From the NCBI RefSeq assembly GCF_009914755.1, contig NC_060934.1: DNA of 64,000 nucleotides. One strand, given 5' to 3'. The position numbers and the translations under genes were made by a program. This stretch comes from the human T2T-CHM13v2.0 reference genome, Homo sapiens. Below the pieces are notes generated by a model. The model searched no databases. It saw only the letters and a list, made by a program, of their open reading frames with translations, and was not told the origin of the DNA. Positions 1 through 11,950 of the stretch are shown here, one piece after another (within the stretch, counting starts at the first letter, position 1; every line of letters begins with the position of its first letter).

Positions 1-500
1 AGGCAGGGTGGTCAGGAAAGGCCTCTGTGATGAGGCAGCATTGTGCAGCAGCACCAAGAAGGCAAGGAAACCAGCCATGTGGGAATCTGGGCAAAGAGTG
101 AGAGTGATCCAATGACAGGGAACAGCCAGTGCAAAGGCCCTGAGGTGAGCGCTTGTTTGGCATGTTTGATAACCAAAAATAAGGCTCCAGGTGAGTCTGG
201 GGAATGAAGTTGGAGACCAGGACAGATGGAAAAATGGCCATTTAGTGAGGGCCTTGAAAGTGATGAAAAGGGCTCTTGCCACAAAAAAAAAAAAAAAATT
301 GGGTAAACTATGTGAGATGATGAATGTGTTAATTTACTTGGCTATACAGTAGCCATTTCACTATTTGTATGTATAGCAAAACATCATGTTGTACACCTTA
401 AATATATACTTTTATATTAAAAAAAAACTTTGGATTTTATTTTATGAAACAAAGGCCACTGGAAGCATTTTAAGCAACAGTGATCTGACTTATACTTAAG
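1..500 (-). mobile_element. L2 LINE fragment, interrupted by a short L1MA 3' piece
   Basis: Typical antisense L2 text (ggtcaggaaaggcctc...acagggaacagccagtgcaaaggccctgagg); resumes at ~429 (ctttggattttattt...ccactggaagcattttaagca). Confidence 0.7.
274..428 (+). mobile_element. L1MA (L1MA8-10-like) 3' UTR terminal fragment
   Basis: A-tract then ggtaaactatgtgagatgatgaatgtgttaatt...aaaacatcatgttgtacaccttaaatatatac and a short A tail. Confidence 0.75.
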
Positions 501-679
501 AGGATTAGACCAGGTGCTATATGGAAAATTGACTCAAGGGGTCAAGGGTGAAGTGCAACCATCCCGAGGACGCCTGTGGCCATTGTCCATCAGGTGAGAA
601 CCAAGGGTGAATGGGGAGTATTGCGGGAGTATTGCAGGGGAGGAGGTGGGGAGGGGACCCATGGTGAGCCCAGCCCGTG

Positions 680-846
680 GCAGCTCTGTGATGTGGGATA
701 AGTTGGGACATCTCTGAGCCTCAGTGTCTTCCTCTATACAGTGAGAGCAATCCCAGTATCACATGGGTATCCAGTAGGAGCATAACAGATAATGTATGCA
801 AAAAGCTGTGCACAGCACCTGACTCATATCAGGACCTCAGCAAAAG
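680..846 (+). mobile_element. MIR SINE
   Basis: Core ctctgagcctcagtgtcttcctctatacagtgag and 3' gcacagcacctgactcata. Confidence 0.7.
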
Positions 847-2989
847 TGACTTTCTTTCCCCATCCGCTATCATCTCTATGTTTTGGGAAGAACTTTTTCC
901 CTAAGTGGCTATTGTCACTGAAAAAGAAACTCCCTCAGCCCAAGTTTCTCAGCAAGGGCAACCCACAGGCAAAAACAGGAAAACTCAAGAACCTCTTAAA
1001 TCAAGACTGTAAAAACCTGCATAAAAAAGACAACCTGGCACTTTTATGGCTCCCTAAAAACACTTTAGAAACCTACATGGCATTTCCTCTCAAGACCCTC
1101 TATTGTTGATCCAATTAGCCAATTTGGGGCCCAGAAACACACAAATTTCTGGAAACTGGAGTGTGGAAAGCTGCCTGAGTGGAGAGCCAGCCATGGCCTG
1201 GACACAGGTCTCTGCCGGGGAAGCAGGTGGGCAGCCTGCTCCTGAGCCCACCCACCACCTTGTCTGAAGTGAGGATGACCGGACAGCCTCTGTTGAGTTC
1301 ATGAGTAAGGAAATGGAGTCTCTGTCACACGTGCTGGTTGGCCCTGGACCTGGTATAAGATGTAGTCCAACCAGAAAAGCTGGGGGAGCCACTCACAGAA
1401 GGCCCAGAGGGGAAGAAAGGAGTGAGGCACATGTGCAGATTTATCTGGTGAGATTATGCTACGTGTCCACTGCCCACTGCACGGGACCCCAGCCTTGAGC
1501 AGGCTCCACCCGGCCCTGTGGTAACTCCCCAGTTCACAGTGCTGCACAATCCCGGAAATTAGCCTAGTTAATTTTTGCAACTTCCCTTTAAGATGAACAG
1601 GGTGGAAATGATTATCACATCTTAAAGATGAGAGAACTGAAGTTCAGGCAGGGGATGTGGCCTGGAGACTTGAACAGAAGGGACTTCCTTCTGAGACCAC
1701 CCACAAGTCCCAGTTGCCCATCCTCTCCTGGGCCAGGGTGTCACATCCAGGGTTATCAGAGCTGAATGAGCCTCAGGCCCTGTGGATGGTGAGTAGGAAC
1801 TGGCCAGGCCAAGAAAGCTCCCATAGAGTCTCCAAGGCAGGCCCCAGATGCTCCTCAAGGCTGCACTCCATTGCTCAGGGGCTCTCCCTCCCCAAGCCCT
1901 GGTCAAGGGAGGGAGGACCAAGACTCACCATGGGGTCATGAGCTTGGGGGTTGCTAAAGAAAAGGCCCTTTCTTTTCAGGCTTCACCTCACAATATCATT
2001 CTCTCCCATGCCCACAGGACGCTCACCCTCATCATGGCCAGCTGAAGTCCTCCTCATACCTGCTCCTTCCCTGCTCCTCCATCTCCTCTGGACACGTGAG
2101 TGTCAGCCTGTCTCCTCCCCACCCTGGCGACTGGACTTCAGGAATGTAATCTGAATCCAGCCCTCCTCTCCATCTCTCCTCCATGACCTCCCAGCAGCCT
2201 CCTCACCTCTCCCTGCACCACAGAGAGAGGCTCCAACCCATCTCCCTGGCTTCATCCCTGCCTGCTCATCTCCCTTACTTTCTCACAAGGCTCCTAATAG
2301 GTGTCCTGTGCCCCTGAGCCCCCAATCTGGGGGCCTCAGTAAAGACCTGGAACCACTCAACATGGAACGAGAAAGAGACATAACAGTTCTCCTTCCTCTA
2401 GACTCTCTCCAGATTAAGCCCAAGGGTCTCCTTCAAGGCCAAGCCAGCAGGCAGGGTGGGAGATTCTAGTCTCCATCTACCACCTGGCCACCTGGGGCCA
2501 AGGCATGAGCTGCTTATGTCAAGAAAGCACCCTGGGTGCTGAGAGGTCTGGGCGGGAGAGCCTTCTCCCACGGCTGTGCTGCTCCCCAGCACCTGCAGGC
2601 AGGTGGAATGGGCCTGTGTCCAGGACCTGGAGCTGGGAGAGGTGGGCAGGAAACTCACGCTAGTGAATAGAAGTGCAAGGAGCCTTGGTCCTGGCCAAAT
2701 CCCAGCATATCCCAGCACCTGGAAAGAAACATCAGAGCAAAACGGCCCTCAGAAGCTCTTTCAGACACCAGAAGGATGCAGGCAGAGAGGCTCAGGAAGG
2801 GGAAGGGAGTGTCCTTCACAAGCAACTGATCAAGACTCCTAGTCCCCTGACAAAAGCACATAGGTACATTCACAGCCCCCACCTTGAGTCCCAGGAGCAA
2901 ACCATGGGGCACTGGAGCACCTGGTAGGAGCCCCAGTGTTGAGAGTCCTCTGGCTCTTAACACTCTGACTCTTAATTCAATTAGCCCTG

Positions 2990-3430
2990 ATTAACACTCT
3001 CTTGGGTGCCAAGCGCTAGGTGATGCTTACTCATTTACACCAGGGTTTCTCAACCTAGCACTACATTTTGGGCTGAATAATACCTTGTTGTGGAGGGTTG
3101 ACCTCTGCATTGTAGGATTTTTAGCAGCATCTCTGGGCTCTACCCACTAGATGCCAGTAGCATCCCAACCCCCCAGCTGTAACAACCAAAAATGTCTCCA
3201 GACATTGCCAAATGTTGTCTGGGGAACAAAATTGCACCCAAATTAGAACCACTGGCATACACCATTTAATCTTCACAATAGTAATAGATGTTTCTATCTC
3301 AAGTTGCCAAGTGAGGAAACTGAGACTCGGAGAGGGTTCATTGACTTGCCCAACGTCACTAAGCAAGTAGCCATATTCATGTTTGAGCCCAGGCCACTCT
3401 GATTGAAAGTCCAGGGCATTTTCTGCCATA
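2990..3430 (-). mobile_element. MIR SINE interrupted by MER20
   Basis: Antisense MIR core gaggaaactgagactcggagaggg...gacttgcccaacgtcac; 5' part of the fragment lies before 3041. Confidence 0.75.
3041..3254 (-). mobile_element. MER20 (hAT-Charlie non-autonomous DNA transposon), full length
   Basis: Termini cagggtttctcaac...agaaccactg, internal ccactagatgccagtagc and aaaaatgtctccagacattgccaaatg; degenerate 8-bp TSD atttacac/gcatacac. Confidence 0.92.
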
Positions 3431-4009
3431 AAACTCTATTTCCTGATGCAAAGATCAACACTAAGTGGCTGCCCACCTCGGTCTCCCCCAACTGTAAGCT
3501 AGCAGGTGACACCTGAATTTGATCGATAAATTAGGAGCAGCCCCTGTGAATCTAACTAGACGGTCACCTTCAGAGGCCAGAAGCAGGGTTTACCGCATGG
3601 TACATGAAGCTCATGGGGCAGGCTCTCCTTGTAGGAGCCACTAGCCATCCTGGAACCCCAGATGCAGCAAGAACCTACATCTGGGTTCCCAGGATGGCCT
3701 CTCAGTGCCTAAGGAGCATCTGAAATGCTACCTGCACTCACAGTCACCTCCTGGTTGGGCAGCTGTCTCCCCTGTATGTCCCCACTGAGATCCCCTCTGG
3801 TCAGGCCATCTTTCTACTGGACCTCAACCAACACCTGGGGGTGGTGGGGGTCCCATGTCTAGACCATGGCCCCATTGGATCTCCCGGATCTGGCTGCCTG
3901 GCCCACAGGGAGAGGCAAAAGAACAACTCAGCTGTTGGCTGTGTTGTTTCCCCAAAGTCAAGTTAGAGATGCAAGGCCTGGTCTCTTGGTACAAATCCTG
4001 ACAAATTTG

Positions 4010-4170
4010 GAATATGTGGTTTCATCTCTCAGAACATGAATTCACTCCTCCAAAGAAGAAAAATATTAATACCCACCCCACAGGGATGTGGTGGAGACAA
4101 AGCAAGAAGTTGGAGGCTAAATGCCTGGCACAATGTCTACTGCATTCAAGGTGCTCAATAAATCCTGTTT
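4010..4170 (+). mobile_element. MIR fragment
   Basis: aatacccaccccacagggatgtggtggag...gtgctcaataaat. Confidence 0.5.
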
Positions 4171-5370
4171 AATAAAATTCTGTAGCACTAAGCACAACGA
4201 GGAGGGAAGTTCTGCATGCCTCCCAGGTGTTCGTAACTTACGGATGGATTGGGTGGATGCATAAATGTACGCTAAGAATTCCACGGTAAGTCAGTCTCCC
4301 ATATTTGAAGCAGCCCAAATTTAACCAAGAAAAACCTGAAAGGTAATGAAGTTGTCTCAGACCGCTTTTGTCTTAAAGGCAACTACCTGCAAATAGCAAG
4401 CCCAGAATGTTTCCAAATGAGATGCCCTGGGAGAGCCCTTGATGGGCACTGGAGCAGTCAGTCCAAGAGGAAGAAAATAATAATAATCCAGTTTGTTGTC
4501 TGAGACATTTGTCTGTGCATTCTGCTGGGGAAATTGTGTTAGTTGCAGAGACAGGCCTGATAGGAGGCCAGCTGGGAAGAGCATCACGTAACAATCAGGT
4601 AAATACAGCAGCAGGAAGGAGCCTGCATCATCGCCAGACCCCAACTGCAACCTGCCTCTCCCGCCAGCCACATTGGAGAAGGGAGTGGTCTGAGCAGGCA
4701 AGAGCAAGTCTGTGCCAGGCCCACAGAGGTGAGGAAAGAGACTGAGATGCCAGGCTTCCAAAATGTGCCCTGGCTGCCTGGTCAGCTCAGCCTGCATCTG
4801 CTCCTATGTCTAAGAGAGGTGCAACATTCATTTACTCACCAAGTGTTTGCAGAGCTCTAGTTCCAAAGAATGGTTCTAGATACTGAAGATACTGCAAAGG
4901 ACAGCACAGATAGAGCTTCCTTCTCTTATGAAACCCAAGTGGAGTGTTATAAAGAACCAGAGTCTGTTCTGCTCTGTTCATTCCACAGATGGCCCCATTC
5001 AGCACTCTCAGAAGCAGCAGCTCCATCACAACCACTACAGCTCCCAGCCTCAGGCACTGACTCCTAAGTGAGGATCCCAGTCTAAGCTGCAGATGAGTCA
5101 GGACTTTCCTGCCCCACCCTAACCAGCTCCTCCCCATCTAGGACCAGACTGAAGGCTGAAGGGGACACCACGGGCACCTAGCAGACCCCAGGGCAGCCTC
5201 TCCATGCCCAGGGCTCAGAGTTGCCCCAGCTTGCCAGCCACCCAGCCCAGTAGCCTCAGGGGTATCTTCAAAGCCTACCCTGGATTGAGTCACGGTCCCC
5301 ACCTTGAACAGCCTGGACTGCCAGGATCGACCGGCTGGTCCTCACCTTGGCTGAGATGCCTCCCTCACAA

Positions 5371-5738
5371 GAGGCCTTACCTCCCCTCCCCCAGTCTCAC
5401 CTCCCACCTCCCACTCTCACTTCTTCCCATAGCCAACCTAATCACCCTCCCAGCCTTACCTCCTCCAAGCCTTACCTTCCCCCTAGCTATATCTTCCCCC
5501 CAACCTAATTACCCCCCAGCTTTACCTGCCCCCCAGCCTTATCTCTCCCCAAGCCTTACCTTCCCCCTAACCTAATCACGCCCCCAGCCTTACCTTCCCC
5601 CTAGCTATACCTTCCCCCCAACCTAATTACCCCTTTCCCTGCCAGCCTTACCTCTCCCCAGCCTCACCTCCCCTACAGCCTTACCTGCCTTACCTGCTCC
5701 TACCCTTACTTCCCCTGCAGCCTTACCCTGCTCTACTC
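5371..5738. repeat. Degenerate C-rich minisatellite (~16-17 bp unit CCCCAGCCTTACCTTCC) with a ~47 bp higher-order unit
   Basis: Nine exact CCTTACC copies (5375, 5454, 5470, 5554, 5588, 5646, 5679, 5688, 5721); 5468-5514 recurs near-identically at 5586-5633. Confidence 0.9.
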
Positions 5739-5929
5739 CAACATATCCCTTCGTCCCTCTGGTCCTTGGCACCTCCACTTCCTTCTTTCCAGAATCCAGG
5801 ATGCTCCTCCCATGCCAGTGCCCTTTTCCCACATTCTCACCTTTTGCCCCAAGTTTGAGTAGTGCTTCCTCAGGGGCCTTCCTATACCTTGCATCTGAAT
5901 GGGGTCCCCCAGCAACACCATTTCACATC

Positions 5930-6460
5930 TTCACATCCTCACCTTTTTCTTCATAGACATCATAATTTGTGACTCTTCAGTGTGACTGAGCCATTTTTTG
6001 TGTAATGCCTACCTCACCTCTAGCTGAAAACTCCATGAAAGTGGGTAATCATCAGGTTTGTCACCACCAAATCCCCTGTACCTAACACAGAGACCCGCAT
6101 TAAATTCCAGCTCAAAAACAGAAGACCTGCTGAATAGAAATGAATATCTGGCATGCCCCCTCCATCTCCAATTATTCATCTTATTCCTACTCATCCCTCA
6201 CAACTCAGCTCAAGTGTTGCCTCCTCTTCTGACTTCCACCTCCTGCTGGATTTAAGTGACCCCACCCCACTCCCCACTACTCTCCCAATACCCTGCATTT
6301 TCCTCTATTGTTGCAGGTGTCACCCTGAGACCCAATCATTGATTAATCTGTCTGATCCTCAGGGGCAGAGGTGGCTTCATTGTACTTTGTGTCCCCTACC
6401 CTTCACACAGAGTCTGGCAAAAGTCCAGTGAATGTTGCATGAATGAAATATAAGGATGAA
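5930..6460 (+). mobile_element. Two L2 3'-end fragments
   Basis: aactccatgaaagtggg...tgctgaatagaaatgaat and acacagagtctggca...gaatgttgcatgaatgaa tails. Confidence 0.55.
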
Positions 6461-6862
6461 TTAAGTAAATATGTAGGGAAGCTTTTTTCAGTCACTTCAG
6501 TCTAGAAGCTCTGTAACTACTGGCAGAGGCTCTGTGATCAAATGAATCATTTACAAGAAGAGAAGTAACATTTTCACACTTGCCTGAAAGTCTGCTCCCC
6601 AACCTGGGCCTTCCTAGACCCCTGGGCCTAGGGGGACTAGGGAATGACTTTAAGCAGAGAAAGTGTGATCCTCTCAAGGTCACCGTTGCCCATAGGGGAT
6701 GAACAGCTCAAGCACTAAGTTCCCGGGCCTCGGCTGTGGGTTTCTGTCCCCGGGGTGGCTGAGCCACAGGTTGGTGGTGTGGCCTCTAGATGCACGTGGG
6801 TATGGGCGCAGGAATCTGTAGGGACTTCACAACCAAAGCCACTTTGACCAAGGGATGCTATC

Positions 6863-7451
6863 TGTTTATACAACTTGGGAGGATTTTTAACATATCCCCA
6901 GGATTTCTTTTAATCAAGGATGGTGAGATACACAGACACAGAAATGACTCCCATGAAGGAAGAAGTCTGTTGTGGTCACAGAGTCACAGATCCCTAGAAA
7001 GAGGAGGCAGGGCACACCTTTTGGGGCCACATGGGGAAGCCCCAGGGTGAGTCAGGTCACAGGGAGCAGGAGGAAAATGTGGACAAGAGCTTTTTGTGCG
7101 GTTTGTGAGGGAAGAAACAGGAGAGGCGGATTACGCAGGTTTAGGATTGGCTGGTGTGAATAATTCTAGCAGGCTCTGGGTGTTAGGGACTATCGAGAGT
7201 TGCCTGCTACCTGGCACTGGGGTGATCAGGGCAGGGGAACAGTGGCTTGGCCAGTGAGAGTTCCACAAAGGCTGTTGTTGGAGTCATTGGCTTTGGACAG
7301 GTTGTTTGGCATGCAAAAAGTGTGTCACAGGTGGGTCATTTGCTGTCTGTAGGAATTAGCTTGCCCTGAGGGGAAGGCTTTCCCTGGTCAGTAAAGCTCC
7401 AAAATGTCAAAGCATCCTAAAATCTGGGGAATCAAAAACATGATTAATACA
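6863..7451 (-). mobile_element. MER74-family solo LTR (ERVL class)
   Basis: Reverse complement begins tgtattaatcatgttttt...gatgctttgacattttgg and contains cccctgccctgatcaccccagtgccaggta and cttccccatgtggccc; TG...CA ends. Confidence 0.8.
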
Positions 7452-7464
7452 GAGGGGTCCACAG

Positions 7465-7837
7465 CAGGGGTCCACCCACTGGCCACGGACTGGTACCTGC
7501 ATTTTCCTCTGTTGAACCCAATAGAGGTACCAGTCCATAGCCAGTTAGAAGCCGGGCCACACAGCAGGTGGTAAGCATCAGGCCAGTGAGCAGGACCACC
7601 TGAGCTCCGCCCCCTGTTCAATCAGCATCGGCATTTGATTCTCACAGGACTACAAACCCTATTGTGAATTAAGCATGCGACAGATCTAGGTTGTGCACTC
7701 ATGAGAATCTAACTAGTGCCTGGTGATCTGAAATGGAACAGTTTCATCCTGAAACTAGCCTTCAACCCCCACTGGTCCGTGGAAACATTGTCTTCCACGA
7801 AATCTGTCCCTGGTGCCAAAAAGGCTGGAGACCGCTG
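7465..7837 (+). mobile_element. MER1B (hAT-Charlie), full length, with a 34-bp internal insertion
   Basis: TIRs caggggtcc...ggagaccgctg; internal gtccctggtgccaaaaagg; TSD gtccacag/ttctacag (6/8). Confidence 0.9.
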
Positions 7838-7877
7838 TTCTACAGGAAGGGAAAAGAAAGCATGATTTTCATCTAAC

Positions 7878-8233
7878 TGCTAGGATCTGACAGTTTATAT
7901 CTCTGCAAAATTTACATGTTGAAATCCTAACTCCCAAGACGATGGTATTAGGACATGGAACCTTTGGGAGGTGATTAGTTAAAGAGAGTGTATCCCTCAT
8001 AATGAGTGCCTTATAAAAAGAAGCCCCAGGTTGCTCCCTTGCCCCTTCAGCCCTGTGAAATTACAGCAAAAAGACAGCCGCCTGTGAACCAGGAAGCAAG
8101 CCCTCACCAGATTCTGAATCTGTCTGCACTTGGATCTAGGACCAGTCTCCAAACTGTGAGAACTAAATTCCTGTAGTATATGAGCCACCAAGTCTATGGT
8201 ATTTTTGTTATAACAGTTCGAACAAACAAGACA
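7878..8233 (+). mobile_element. MLT1A/MLT1A0 solo LTR (ERVL-MaLR)
   Basis: tgcta...aaaatttacatgttgaaatcctaa...gccctcaccagattctgaatctg...aagaca. Confidence 0.85.
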
Positions 8234-8399
8234 CCTTTGCAAATTATTCAAAAACATGACCTGTTGATCACATTGCCTTAGAAGGAACCCAGGCAAGCAA
8301 ATGGCCCTGAAACTTAGGCATCGTTAGCTTCACAATACACTCATCTCTGCTCAGCAGAGAAGAAATAGCCCTTCACGTGACACCAGTAAGCCAGTAAAT

Positions 8400-8900
8400 G
8401 AATTTTATTCTTACACTCAACAGGTATTTATCAGTGGCCTAACAGATGCAGAGCTTGTATGAGGCTCAGGGGGAATAAGTGTGATCAAGGCAGGAATGAT
8501 CTGCCTTCACACAGGACTCACTTAAAGGAGACAATATGCAGTGAAACAAGGAATTCAACAAATACGTGATAGGTGCTAAGACAGAAACATAGAAAACAAA
8601 TCATGAGAGACGACAGCCTTTCAACCGAGGTGCCCTTAAGAAAAACCACAAGGAAGCAGCCAAAACCTTTCCAGGAAACCAGAAGATCATGTGCAAAGGC
8701 CATGGGGCTCGAAGAGCTCAGAGTGCTGAGGAAGGAAGGAAGAGAGGTCCCCTGCAAGTGGAGAGAGGTGGGCACCCTGCAAGTGGAGAGAGGTGGGCAG
8801 TAGAATGCATGGAGGCCTCTAAAAGGAGCTTGGGTTTTATTTTAAGTTGAATGGAACACCTTTGAGAAGTCTGAAACAGGAAGTGATGTGCTCACATTTA
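8400..8900 (-). mobile_element. L2 fragment
   Basis: cactcaacaggtatttat...catgtgcaaaggccatgggg...ggagcttgggttttatt. Confidence 0.6.
8750..8799. repeat. Perfect 25-bp tandem duplication (ccctgcaagtggagagaggtgggca)x2
   Basis: 8750-8774 is identical to 8775-8799. Confidence 0.95.
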
Positions 8901-9279
8901 TTATAATTAGTTTGTTAGACAATCGGAAACCAATAGAATAAAAATATAAAGACTTTTTTTTTCCTTCAGTCATTATCCCTGGTCCCAGAATGATACCCAT
9001 AACTTTAAGGTCACTTTTAATCATTAAAAAGTTCATGTTCATTTTACCCCATTTAATGCTTACCTCCACTGTCCCCCAAGGCATGGGTAACCTTTGTTCT
9101 GGGGTAGGAAGCACGATCTTGTACCAAGATTCCTCTTGCGCCCTCCCTGCTCCTTGGAGCCTCCACTCCTCTGACCCATGAGGGAAGGGGGCAAGAGTAG
9201 AGAGATGCCCAGAGTTGCCTGATTGTCTGTGGATGAGGTGAGGTCCCTGGCTTCCTTCTGGCTGGGTCTAGTTCCTTAC

Positions 9280-10700
9280 GATGCTGGTGGATCCACTGAT
9301 TGAATGTAGAATACAAGGGAAAGGGGGAGATGTGGATGATTTCTATTTTGGACTCAAGCAACCAGCTGCCTGTAGAGTCATTCTGAGAGGTGGGCAAAGT
9401 AGGGGAGGAGCAAAGTAGAGAATTCTTTTTGGGATATGCTAAGGCCAAGTTGCCTGTGAAACATCCAGGTGGATGCGAAGGCTCACAGGAAAAGCCTGGG
9501 CTAGAGGCTAACATTTGGAGTAGATTAATGTGCAAGTACTTGAAGCCATTGGTGGAGATGAGACCACCAAGAAAGGAGGGAAGAGACAGAGAAGAGGTGC
9601 GGGACTGCCCCTCTGGGGAGGTGGACAGTGGGAGTTTGGGCAAGAAAGAGGAGCCTGCGAAGGAAACTGCCAAGTCAGGAGGGCTCTGGGCTGATGCTGA
9701 TATCATAGACCAAAGAAGCAAATGTGTCAGGAGGCAGTGCTTCACTGTGTCAAATGTCACCAAGGTGGCAAGGAAGAGGGGAAAGAGCAGAAAATTGGAA
9801 AATAGGAAGATGGTTAGCCCTGACAAAGGTCATTTCAGGAGAAGGAGGGTGAAATCAGTAGACAAATTGTGGCGGGTGGAAAATCAGACAAAAGGAGAGA
9901 AAACAAAATCAGGAGAAACAGAGCAATCACTGAAAGGGGATGTGGAAAATGTGGGAGGAGGGTTGCTTTCTTAGATTAAATGTTCTAAAACAAGTTTCTA
10001 GGCAGAGCAGCAATGCAGGAGTGGATAGGAAGAGATCAGTAATGCAGAAGAGAAATGTGGAAAAGAAAAGGCAAAATCCTAGAGGGGAAATTGGGATGGA
10101 TTCAGGGCAGGGGGCAAGTGGCTGTTGCAAGAACACTTACTTCCCTGGGTGTGACAAGATGGGGCAATGAGCCAGCTGGTGCAAGTGCAGGTGGGCTTGA
10201 CTTTGGAGATGGGAGATGAGGGGGCTCCCATCTGATGGCTAAATAAGGAGGGAGGAGGAGGAGGGGTTGAAAGGAGAAGACAAAGCATGGAAAAGGGGTT
10301 TAGGGAAGTACAGTGCAAGCCATGGAGATTTGTGAGGAGCAATACCAAGGAAGACCAGCACCCTGGCTTTGTCATTTTCTACAGCAACACTCAGCACTCA
10401 GGCACAGGTATGCAAAAGAGGATGGTCAGGCTTAGCTCATGTGGGAGTTTTGCCTGGTGAATATCACAAAGAAAAGGGAACAGGAAAATTGAGTAGGCAA
10501 GGGAGAGATTATTATGGGTCAGTATCTTGAAGCCTCACTAAGAAGACATGAAGATAAGGGTTTTGTGAAAACATGTGGGGTTGGAGGTCTCACTAGGAGG
10601 TCACTGGGCATGAGCCAGATTGGAGGTGGGAGGAAAGAGTGAGCCAGAGTGTTCAGGGAATGATAACAGAGGGGACAGAGCTGGCAGTGAGGATGAGGAG
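9280..10700 (-). mobile_element. L2 ORF2 (reverse transcriptase region) remnants
   Basis: Minus-strand translation TFDTVKHCLL, VSFAGSS and LGGLISTNGFKY resembles L2 RT AFDTVDHSLL, VSFAGSS and LGDLIHSHGFNY; the right half is more diverged. Confidence 0.7.
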
Positions 10701-10756
10701 AGGTGGGGGGGGAACAAATGGTAAGAGCTAGAATAAGCTAGAAAGAACTAGAAAGA

Positions 10757-11070
<314 letters not shown>

Positions 11071-11599
11071 AAAGAGCTAGAAAAAGATAGGGTGGTGCAG
11101 GAAGGGAAAGAAATGGTTTGCAGGAGATAAAGAAGATAATATAAAAAGGACACCTCCTGAGGGACACGGAATGTGAAGGGAATAAGACTTTCAACTTGAC
11201 AGGCTATCCCCAGAGGACAACCGGTTTGAGTTAAGGTAAGTAAGGTAAGAGAAGAGGAGGAGGCCAGGGTATTTGCTGGCCTCAGAACAGCAGGTACAGA
11301 GGACAAGGGGAGGGATGTGGGAGAGGACAGTGGGCAGAATCTGTGCAGGTGCAGGGGCAGCTTTGGCCAAGGTAAGCAAGGCAGTAGGATGGGAGCTGGC
11401 AGATGTGTAGTGGGGAGCAGGCCTCTAATTCTCCGATCAATGGTATGGGCCATCCCAGGACACTGCCTCACATAGGCAAGCCACAGTGCAAGGGTCACTT
11501 GTATGTGTAAATATTAGCAAATATTTTAAAAGCATGGACATTTATATCAATCAAATGGGGTCAGGGAAGCAATTAGTGTTGGAAACCCACTGGTCCTAG

Positions 11600-11950
11600 G
11601 ACCATTTAATCCTCCTACTGTCCCATTTAATCCTCCTACAAGTCTGCAAAGGAGCTACTACTGCTCCTACTCTATACACAAGGAAAAGGTTTAGAGAAAC
11701 TAGGTACCCCAGCCAGGGCCCATGACTAGTAATAAGAGAAGAAGAAGGAGAAGAAAATGATGAAGAGCACCATTTAAATTTACTTAGCATTTTACTTCAT
11801 GTGAGCCTATGGCTAATTGCTTTTACATGAATTGTCCTATTTTATCCTAATGACAAAACTGTAAAGTAAAATTACATTATATACCCATCTTATAGACAGG
11901 AGAATTGTGCCTAGGAGAGTAATGAGACTCGCCCAAAATCAAAGCCAGGG
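11600..11950 (-). mobile_element. Two MIR fragments; the first has a 17-bp direct duplication (ccatttaatcctcctac, 11602 and 11623)
   Basis: catttaatcctc..., cccatcttatagacaggagaattgtgcctaggagag MIR motifs. Confidence 0.6.

Noticed and set aside
5204-5575. Proline-rich 123-aa ORF
   Set aside because: Translation artefact of the C-rich minisatellite.
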